Assembly (NCBI GenBank): GCA_031256725.1 | Contig: JAIRQE010000019.1 | Coordinates: forward strand, 1-32,000 | DNA from: Propionibacteriaceae bacterium | Lineage (GTDB): Bacteria > Actinomycetota > Actinomycetes > Propionibacteriales > Propionibacteriaceae | Length of the DNA stretch: 32,000 nucleotides | Direction: 5' to 3' | Shown here: one piece after another, positions 7,994 through 15,026 of the stretch | Layout of the letters: the number at the start of each line of letters is the position of its first letter | Position numbering within the stretch: position 1 is the first letter of the stretch | Notes under the pieces: model-generated | The model's input: the letters and a program-made list of their open reading frames with translations, nothing else | Told to the model about the DNA's origin: nothing | Databases searched by the model: none | Position numbers and translations under genes: made by a program

Positions 7994-10321
7994 TTAGCTC
8001 GTCTTGCGGCGACCTCTCTTCGGCGTGTGGCGTTCACCACCATCGGCTTGAACCTGGGTTTCCACTGGCTCCTCGAAGCGTATTCTTCCGTGGCCCTCGC
8101 ATGCTTCGCATGGTTGAGTAAAGGCCTCTGCTAGACCCGTTCCGACCTTCTTGCGGGTCAGTTGAACTAGACCCAATGAGGTGACCTCCGAAACCTGATG
8201 TCTCGTACGATCCCGGCCCAAGCATTCCACCAGACGCCTCAAAAGAAGTTCCCGGTTGGAGGGAAGAACCATATCGATGAAGTCGATGATGATGATCCCA
8301 CCAATATCTCGCAGACGCAGTTGGCGTACAATCTCTTCGGCTGCCTCCAGATTATTGGAGGTGACCGTGGCTTCCAGGTTGCCGCCAGAACCAGTGAACT
8401 TTCCAGTGTTGACATCAATGACTGTCATCGCTTCCGTACGATCAATGACCAAAGAACCACCGGAAGGCAGATGCACCTTTCGATCAAGAGCCTTGGCGAT
8501 CTGCTCGTCAACGCGGTATTTCGCAAAGACATCCCCGTCTGCGGAAGGATTCCATTTCACGATTCGTTCCGACAGGTGGGGAGCAACATGGTTGACATAG
8601 GCGCTGACCGTTTCATACGCATCCTCAACTCCACCATGGCCATCAACAATCAGAGTTGCAAAGTCCTCAGTAAAAAGGTCTCGTACGATCCTCATAGTCA
8701 AGTCGGGTTCTGTGTACAACAGTTGCGGGGTCTGCTTTCCCGTGGTTTTCTTCTCAATGACTTCCCACTGCGCTTTGAGGCGATTCACATCACGAACCAA
8801 TTCATCTTCGGATGTACCTTCTGCAGCAGTACGGATAACGACGGAGGCAGTTTCGTCAACGAGTGAGTCCAGGATTGTCTTAAGACGGTTGCGCTCCCCT
8901 TCACTGAGTTTGCGGGAGATACCAGAGATATGACCCTTGGGAGCATAGACGACATAACGACCAGGAATGGAGACATGGGATGTCAGGCGAGCACCCTTAG
9001 CTCCAACAGGATCCTTGGAGACCTGCACAACGGTGAGTTGTCCAGCGCTGAACACATCCTCAATCTTGCGATTCTCTCCAGCCTCACCAAAAGAATCCCA
9101 ATCAACTTCACCAGCATAGAGAACAGCATTACGTCCACGCCCGATGTCGATGAATGCGGCTTCCATACCGGGTAGAACATTTTGAACCTTGCCGAGATAG
9201 ATGTTGCCTATCAGTGAGGCCGCTGAGGCTCGATCAACATAGTGTTCAACGAGGACACCATCTTCGATCACAGCGATCTGGGAATACCCCTGCTTTTGGC
9301 GAATCAGCATCTTGCGTTCCACTGATTCCCTACGTGCCAGGAATTCGGCTTCGGAAAGGATGGGCGCGCGCCGACGAGAGGCAGCACGCCCTTCACGGCG
9401 ACGCTGCTTCTTTGCTTCCAAACGGGTCGAACCATCGATACCCGTGATCGTTGGGGCTTCCTTCTCTTTTGCCTTCCGTGATCGCGGTTCGCGTACCTTC
9501 ACGACAACTTCAGTATCTTCGTCATCAGTACTATCCGCACCATCAATATCCTCACCACGGCGGCGACGACGACGACGACGGTGCTTCGACGGATCCTCTG
9601 TTGAATCCGGTCCTGAATCCTCAGTGGTCTCGGAATCTTCTGAATCGTCAGTATCTTCGTTGGCATCCTCAGGGAAGGACCCATCCTTGCGACGCTTACG
9701 ACCACCGCGCCGACGGCGACGCCTACGGTTCGGTGAATCCCCATCCTCGTCACCATCAGATGCAATGGCATGGGCCAGGTTATCGAGCGCCTCCTCCTGT
9801 TGAGGTTCCTCGCGAGAGGTACGGCTACTACGATTACGTCGCGACTGCCCAAGAGCAGTCAGGGCCTCTCCAATCGGATCCTCAGATTCGGGGACAGTGG
9901 ACGTCTTATCGTCAGCTTGTGGACGCCTTGTGTGTCGTGTACGCCCGGGAGTCCCGGATTCCTCTGAGGCTGGGAGATTCTCGGTATTCTCTTGATTCCC
10001 AGATATTTTGGCCCTGGAAGAGCGAACCCTGCGATTATGAACTGGGGTACCTTCTGGAGTCTCAGTAGGGGTTGCCTCCTCGGTAGGGGTGGCATCGTTT
10101 GCCGACGATGCTGCGGCAGACTTTCGACGTGTCGTCGTTTTTCTTGTCTGGCCCTTCTGTGTGAAGGAATGAGATTGGTCTGATCCCTCATCTGGGGATT
10201 CGACTAGTTTGGAGGCCACAGGTTTGCGTGTCCTCTTGGGCTTTGTTTCTGCCGGAGTCTCAGCGAGTAGATCTGGTTGAGTTGACCCAGCGTCTGACTG
10301 CGCACTCACTTCTTCGAGCAT
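7994..10321 (-). CDS. rne: Ribonuclease E/G family endoribonuclease with a long disordered N-terminal extension
   Basis: S1 domain plus RNase E/G catalytic core (GNIYLGKVQNVLPGMEAAFIDIG...VIDVNTGKF...GGIIIIDFIDM). About 330 N-terminal residues are low-complexity, rich in R, D, E, S and T (RRRRRRRGG, RRRRRRRRGED). I chose the start at M40 of the track ORF because AAGGAG lies 5 nt upstream of that ATG. Confidence 0.9.
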   Translation of the reverse strand: MLEEVSAQSDAGSTQPDLLAETPAETKPKRTRKPVASKLVESPDEGSDQSHSFTQKGQTRKTTTRRKSAAASSANDATPTEEATPTETPEGTPVHNRRVRSSRAKISGNQENTENLPASEESGTPGRTRHTRRPQADDKTSTVPESEDPIGEALTALGQSRRNRSSRTSREEPQQEEALDNLAHAIASDGDEDGDSPNRRRRRRRGGRKRRKDGSFPEDANEDTDDSEDSETTEDSGPDSTEDPSKHRRRRRRRRGEDIDGADSTDDEDTEVVVKVREPRSRKAKEKEAPTITGIDGSTRLEAKKQRRREGRAASRRRAPILSEAEFLARRESVERKMLIRQKQGYSQIAVIEDGVLVEHYVDRASAASLIGNIYLGKVQNVLPGMEAAFIDIGRGRNAVLYAGEVDWDSFGEAGENRKIEDVFSAGQLTVVQVSKDPVGAKGARLTSHVSIPGRYVVYAPKGHISGISRKLSEGERNRLKTILDSLVDETASVVIRTAAEGTSEDELVRDVNRLKAQWEVIEKKTTGKQTPQLLYTEPDLTMRIVRDLFTEDFATLIVDGHGGVEDAYETVSAYVNHVAPHLSERIVKWNPSADGDVFAKYRVDEQIAKALDRKVHLPSGGSLVIDRTEAMTVIDVNTGKFTGSGGNLEATVTSNNLEAAEEIVRQLRLRDIGGIIIIDFIDMVLPSNRELLLRRLVECLGRDRTRHQVSEVTSLGLVQLTRKKVGTGLAEAFTQPCEACEGHGRIRFEEPVETQVQADGGERHTPKRGRRKTS

Positions 10322-10333
10322 ATGTGCTCCTTT

Positions 10334-10352
10334 CATCGGACAGCATCCGATG
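10334..10352 (-). promoter_or_regulatory. Stem-loop CATCGGA-N5-TCCGATG abutting the rne Shine-Dalgarno
   Basis: 7-bp perfect stem read from the sequence. On the mRNA strand it ends 2 nt before the AAGGAG of rne. Further hairpins lie at about 10356-10383 and 10401-10431. Confidence 0.35.
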
Positions 10353-10597
10353 CCACTTGACGAGTGTGACTCGCCTTCAAGCTTAAAGATCAGCATTGGT
10401 ACCGCCGCGGTCCAACCTTCGAGGTCGCGGTCTGGCATTCATGCGTACTGGCCACGGGGTGTAGCCAAATCTGACTCTATTATCTCACAAGATCCCAAAA
10501 ACTAAGGATTTCCCCTTGTGGGCGAGTCGTACTATGAACAATCAATTCACCTACATGTTATTTCAGTGATAGGCAGTTAGTCTCTAAGATAGTACCT

Positions 10598-11011
10598 ATG
10601 AGAAGAATACTAATTGGACTAATAGGACTGCTTACCGTGACTGCTTTAGCGGGATGCACTGGAGCGCCAGACGGCAATAGCGAAGTATCATCTGCTGGAC
10701 ATTATGAAGCCATCACAGCCGAGCAGGGCAAGACGATGATGGATGACGGCGAGCCATTCATCCTTGTGGACGTACGAACAGAGGCTGAATACCAGGAAAA
10801 AAGAATCGATAGATCTCTCCTGATCCCCGATGATGAGATTGCAGCCCGAGCCGAAACTGAGCTGCCTGACAAGAATGCTCGAATCATCGTGTACTGCCGT
10901 AGTGGAGTCCGAGCCGAGGGTGCGGCAAAAAACCTCGCCAATCTTGGGTACACGCAGGTCTACACCATAGGTGGCATCCTCAGTTGGCCCTACGACACGG
11001 TTTCTGGATAG
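10598..11011 (+). CDS. Rhodanese-domain lipoprotein (sulfurtransferase-like)
   Basis: 137-aa ORF. It has a signal peptide with a lipobox (LTVTALAGC) and a rhodanese active-site loop CRSGVR (VYCRSGVRAEGAA). Confidence 0.8.
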   Translation: MRRILIGLIGLLTVTALAGCTGAPDGNSEVSSAGHYEAITAEQGKTMMDDGEPFILVDVRTEAEYQEKRIDRSLLIPDDEIAARAETELPDKNARIIVYCRSGVRAEGAAKNLANLGYTQVYTIGGILSWPYDTVSG

Positions 11012-11118
11012 ACAGTTAAACTAATCTTGACAAAGCGTCCATAGAGTGAAGGTACTCGTGGCGATCCTCATCTCGTACCGCCTCTGCCTCACCTTCTACC
11101 AGCAACGCGATTTCTGAA

Positions 11119-11850
11119 CTAAAGCGATTCGGCCACCTTTGTAATGATGGTCGCAAGTTCGTACGGTCGACTCCACATGGGCCAATGTCCAGTAGGTAGG
11201 TCTACGAGATTATAGAACTGCAAGGTGACCACCTCAGCGAACATGGGATGTCCACTATGAGCGAGTTCCATGATCTGGGTACTCGACATGGAACAGCACA
11301 CCAATGTGGTGGGTACTGCGAGGCGTTGAGAATTGGAGAGTTCCACTGCTTGCCTCAGGACAAGACTGGGCTCTGGAACAGCGTGACTTCTAAACAGAGC
11401 CAAGTCATCCGCATCTAAACCTTCGAGGCTGGCTTGAGCGGCAAGTTGATCGAAGTCTGGCAACGGCATCTCTACAAGATCAGTAGTACCTGACGCAAAG
11501 ATGCTCCCTGGTGCAGCCGGACCACTGTCCACCCACACCATATGACAAACCAATTCCGGACAGCGATCAAGAACAAGGCTGACTGGAACGTTGGCTCCAC
11601 TATGTGCGACGAGGACTGCTGACTGTTTGGCGGCGTCCACTGCTTGTCTCAGCGCATCCTCAATGGCGGTTGCTTGATCGTCAAGTGTTCGGGAGGAACG
11701 TTCAGGGTCCTGTGGGTCAAGCCCTGGCAAGGTTAGGGGGATAGCCTGGCATCCTGCATTATGGAGGTGTCCCACAACCTTGTCCCAGGCCCAGGCCCCC
11801 AACCAGTGACCAGGGACAAGAATGATCGGAGAGCTATTTGATTCAGTCAT
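11119..11850 (-). CDS. Alpha/beta-fold hydrolase
   Basis: 243-aa ORF. It has an N-terminal oxyanion-type motif ILVPGHWLGAWAW, a nucleophile elbow VAHSGA and a C-terminal His in LPTGHWPMW. Confidence 0.72.
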   Translation of the reverse strand: MTESNSSPIILVPGHWLGAWAWDKVVGHLHNAGCQAIPLTLPGLDPQDPERSSRTLDDQATAIEDALRQAVDAAKQSAVLVAHSGANVPVSLVLDRCPELVCHMVWVDSGPAAPGSIFASGTTDLVEMPLPDFDQLAAQASLEGLDADDLALFRSHAVPEPSLVLRQAVELSNSQRLAVPTTLVCCSMSSTQIMELAHSGHPMFAEVVTLQFYNLVDLPTGHWPMWSRPYELATIITKVAESL

Positions 11851-11873
11851 AACACCATCGTCGCATCCTCTCT

Positions 11874-11901
11874 TGACAACCTTATGTCACCATTTATGTC
11901 A
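11874..11901. promoter_or_regulatory. Candidate operator: TGACA-N6-TGTCA palindrome overlapping two direct TTATGTCA repeats
   Basis: Read from the sequence, in the 50-71 nt divergent spacer between the hydrolase and the WYL regulator. TTATGTCA occurs at 11882-11889 and 11894-11901. A TTGACA hexamer lies at 11873-11878. Confidence 0.35.
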
Positions 11902-12614
11902 TGAATTGGTACTATGGGCACGTGAAACGAATAGAACGCTTGCATGCACTTGTCGAGATGCTACGACGTCGAGGATCCCGTGGATGCACAGCCGAACACC
12001 TGGCAGACGAGTTCGGGGTATCAATTCGCACGATCAAGCGTGACCTTGACGCCCTCGAAAATAGCGGAGCCCCCATTTGGTCACGACCTGGCCCCGGTGG
12101 AGGTTATGGTCTCGCCAGTGAAGGATCACTGCCTCCAGTGACCTTGAATCCTGCGCAAGCGGTATCACTTCTAGCCGCTGTCTCAGCTGCGCGGGATGCC
12201 CCCTATGCCGATCTCGCTTCCGCTGCTGTACACAAGATCCTTGATGTCCTTGATCCTCGAACCCGCGAACAGGCCAAGCAACTTGCCAACCGTGTGTGGG
12301 TCAACACCCCATCACCACCAAGCCGAGCCATCCGGTCAGCACTAGAACAAGGAATGACCGACCAGAAAGTGATCCGAATCCGCTACGTTTCCAACGACAG
12401 TACCACCACCCGAGATGTCGAACCGATACTCTTTGGGTCCACGAACGGTCACTGGTACCTCATCGGTTGGTGCCGTCTGCGCAACGCCATGCGTTGGTTT
12501 CGATTGGACCGTATCCACCAAGCAACGGTCACTGCCGAACACTGTAGCAACCACACCATTGAGGAAGTTGGACCTCCACCACCCACCGCACAGCCCGTAC
12601 ATGGTCGAGGTTAG
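11901..12614 (+). CDS. YafY-type transcriptional regulator (N-terminal HTH plus WYL domain)
   Basis: The HTH region reads RIERLHALVEMLRRRGSRGCTAEHLADEFGVSIRTIKRDLDALE. The WYL region reads VIRIRYVSNDSTTTRDVEPILFGSTNGHWYLIGWCRLRNAMRWFRLDRI. The true start may be GTG 11922 (VKRIERL...), which lies 7 nt after a TACTAT -10-like hexamer and so could give a leaderless mRNA. Confidence 0.8.
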   Translation: MNWYYGHVKRIERLHALVEMLRRRGSRGCTAEHLADEFGVSIRTIKRDLDALENSGAPIWSRPGPGGGYGLASEGSLPPVTLNPAQAVSLLAAVSAARDAPYADLASAAVHKILDVLDPRTREQAKQLANRVWVNTPSPPSRAIRSALEQGMTDQKVIRIRYVSNDSTTTRDVEPILFGSTNGHWYLIGWCRLRNAMRWFRLDRIHQATVTAEHCSNHTIEEVGPPPPTAQPVHGRG

Positions 12615-12622
12615 CGACTCCT

Positions 12623-13219
12623 TTAAAGCAGTTTCGCGTCGTACACGGTGAATTCGCAACGGTAAACGAAGAGGTACTTCCCGTCGATTCGGAACCATGT
12701 TGAGTTGGGGATGTCCGTTGCCATAATCTCTACATGGTCACCAGCATAAACTGCGATCGGCACACTGGATTGGGACTTGATGAAGACAATCTTGGCTTTT
12801 CCACGAGTGTTGTTGCGCCAGTTCTCAACGAGATCGTTGAGCCACGGAATCCCAGGATTAGTATTCGTGACATCGATTTTCTCGTCTCCACCCGCGAGAC
12901 GTTCAAGTCCATCTTGCTCAAGAACGAGGGTCGAGCCAACATGGCTGATGTGATCCTTACCGAGGGAGATCATGATGACGCTCCCCTTTTTCACATCACC
13001 CGAAACGGTGGTCTCGTCAAACTTCTTGTCACGAGCAACACGGAAACTGGTACCTTTCACCCGATCCATGGGAGTACCATCAAAGGCATAGGTGTACATC
13101 GTAGCCCTGACACCAGTCCACGCCTGATCAAATTGCTCAATCCTAGTCTCGAAAAGCGCACAACTTGTGAGTGTCATCCCAAGCATGATGGTCAAAGCCG
13201 TCAAGAATATCTTCCTCAT
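12623..13219 (-). CDS. Hypothetical lipoprotein
   Basis: 198-aa ORF. A strong Shine-Dalgarno (GGAGGTAGG) precedes the ATG. The signal peptide has a lipobox (LGMTLTSC). I could not assign the family by eye. Confidence 0.6.
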   Translation of the reverse strand: MRKIFLTALTIMLGMTLTSCALFETRIEQFDQAWTGVRATMYTYAFDGTPMDRVKGTSFRVARDKKFDETTVSGDVKKGSVIMISLGKDHISHVGSTLVLEQDGLERLAGGDEKIDVTNTNPGIPWLNDLVENWRNNTRGKAKIVFIKSQSSVPIAVYAGDHVEIMATDIPNSTWFRIDGKYLFVYRCEFTVYDAKLL

Positions 13220-13461
13220 ACCTACCTCCAGTGTTCATCCCTAGACTCTCCCACTTTACAGCGAGTTACGACTAGGTACCTTCACCCGCAAGATCTGACC
13301 ATCTTTGTCATGAGTATTTGTTACTTGAATGGGTCGGGATCATTTTATGGACTCAGGTGAGGCATTAACAAGACTTGGGACAGACCCACATCCCCATTGA
13401 GATCCTCCATCTTTTAACAGAAGTACAAGATCCATGTGGAACGAGTCTGTAACCAGAGAGT

Positions 13462-14313
13462 TCAGCAAACAGTGCCTTTGAAGCATCCATTCTCACAAAG
13501 CGCCAAGTCGTTGTCACTCCCACCGCCACCGTATACACGCCAATCGGGCTTCGAGTACTCACCACACTTGTATTCCACATGATAATCCCAACTACCGCAA
13601 TCAGCTATAGCTTCTCCAGTAACGCCCGCTTCATCAGCCCGGAAGGCAGCCCTATTCGTGGTTTCATCCCATTCACTTTGATTCCACTCGGCGTTCCAGG
13701 TTGATGGCAGACTGTATCCTGCTTCCAAAATCTTGTTGGCGAACTCTTGAATAGTTGTTGGACCGTTTCCCGAGTAGCACCTGTCAAGAACAATCGCCTG
13801 CGTAGCATTAGCCTGTGGAGCAGGTTTGATGTCAACTGACCCATCGCTCTTAGGCCTATTTGGACGCACCTCATCCCAGAACTCACACGTATATGTTTTC
13901 GAGCCACAATCTGTCTTCAGTAACCAAAAGGAAATATCATCACTGTCGGGATTAAATACAACTTGGGGATTGGATACGTTCGTGCCATTAACTGACAGTG
14001 GGCAATTAGGAAACTTTTCTCTGAAAAATTCTCCCAACAACTTATCGAAGTGCGCCTCAAAAGCTTCAATATCCGCGTCTACATAGTCGGCCACTTCAAC
14101 ATCACTATATTTCCAGAAACAACCCTCCACTCGATCAGCAAGACGAGGATCAATTGGGATACTCATTCCCATTACTTTGAAATAGTCTTCGCGACTAATA
14201 CTCTCGCAAGGGCCAGCATTTATGGGCCCCGTATTCATAGATGAGGCACCATGTACAGAGTCCTGGATTGATGAGCACCCTTGATACCCTGACAGACAAC
14301 TAGGACTGCACAC
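13462..14313 (-). CDS. Cys-rich orphan ORF (14 Cys), possibly a 5'-truncated or decayed gene
   Basis: 283-codon open frame in a lower-GC stretch. No ATG/SD combination is convincing for the GTG at 14313 or the internal ATGs. It has no signal peptide and I recognise no family. Confidence 0.35.
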   Translation of the reverse strand: MCSPSCLSGYQGCSSIQDSVHGASSMNTGPINAGPCESISREDYFKVMGMSIPIDPRLADRVEGCFWKYSDVEVADYVDADIEAFEAHFDKLLGEFFREKFPNCPLSVNGTNVSNPQVVFNPDSDDISFWLLKTDCGSKTYTCEFWDEVRPNRPKSDGSVDIKPAPQANATQAIVLDRCYSGNGPTTIQEFANKILEAGYSLPSTWNAEWNQSEWDETTNRAAFRADEAGVTGEAIADCGSWDYHVEYKCGEYSKPDWRVYGGGGSDNDLALCENGCFKGTVC

Positions 14314-14350
14314 CTGTCCAGAACCATGGTGTACTAAGAAGTGGGACTAC

Positions 14351-14653
14351 TTATGTAAGACGATCTCGCCAGTAGCCAGGCTTCCTTGCCTCGTGAGCAT
14401 ATGCGATGACCCTCACCTCTGACTCATGATAGTAATACACGATACGAATCCGAAATGGCTTAATCGCCCGCCACCGTACAGTTGGCGGTTCGACCCAGTA
14501 GTGGACTTTGGGCCAGCCATGAGGTTGACTCAGGATGTCCAGTACAGACTTTTCTGTACGCTCAATGAAATCTTCGGCAATATCAACAGGAAGACGATCC
14601 ACCTCAGCAAGGAACTCTTCGCGAGCTTTGGGATGCTCCGTCCACTGTTTCAC
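14351..14653 (-). CDS. Type II toxin, RelE/ParE superfamily
   Basis: 100-aa ORF with a ParE/RelE-like layout (...FRIRIVYYYHESEVRVIAYAHEARKPGYW). The GTG start overlaps the antitoxin stop codon (GTGA). Confidence 0.78.
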   Translation of the reverse strand: MKQWTEHPKAREEFLAEVDRLPVDIAEDFIERTEKSVLDILSQPHGWPKVHYWVEPPTVRWRAIKPFRIRIVYYYHESEVRVIAYAHEARKPGYWRDRLT

Positions 14654-14907
14654 TGAGCCAACCCTACTCGGCGTCGAGTAACCCGCTCCCGTGCTATCTG
14701 TAATGTTTCAGGGCCATTGACCATCTCAACGCGACCGTTTTCGATGTCATCAATGCGATGACCCAACTCACTACTCCACGCTTGCTCAACCCAATCTAGC
14801 TGATCATCAAGTCCTTGGTCAGCACTCATCAACATTTGATGGGCAAGCTCCCAACGATCACTGATGGCGAGCTCTCGTCCAGCTTCAACAAGTGCAGTAA
14901 GTTCCAT
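14650..14907 (-). CDS. Type II antitoxin (addiction-module component, Unstab_antitox-like)
   Basis: From M10 of the track ORF: MELTALVEAGRELAISDRWELAHQMLMSADQG...VEQAWSSELGHRIDDIENGRVEMVNGPETL. This is the typical pattern of that antitoxin family. It lies upstream of, and is translationally coupled to, the toxin. Confidence 0.72.
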   Translation of the reverse strand: MELTALVEAGRELAISDRWELAHQMLMSADQGLDDQLDWVEQAWSSELGHRIDDIENGRVEMVNGPETLQIARERVTRRRVGLAQ

Positions 14908-15026
14908 GGTCACTGTTCCAGTGTAAACGATCACTCCGACAATTCTTTGCTTTCATATCCAAACGGGCTCAATACGACCCTTGTGTAGCGAGTACGACAA
15001 GCCAGAGCTGTGGTTGAATAGTAGTA

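Noticed and set aside
8198-8866. 222-aa plus-strand ORF antisense to the rne catalytic core
   Set aside because: It is a shadow ORF. The minus strand carries clear RNase E/G motifs.
10322-10438. 39-codon N-terminal extension of rne
   Set aside because: AAGGAG precedes the internal ATG at 10321. The extension coincides with the stable leader hairpins.
12734-13360. 208-aa plus-strand ORF antisense to the lipoprotein gene
   Set aside because: The minus-strand ORF has a strong Shine-Dalgarno and a lipobox. The plus-strand ORF has neither a Shine-Dalgarno nor any motifs.
13365-13580. 71-aa ORF overlapping the 3' end of the Cys-rich ORF
   Set aside because: It overlaps a longer frame on the same strand, has no Shine-Dalgarno and has no motifs.
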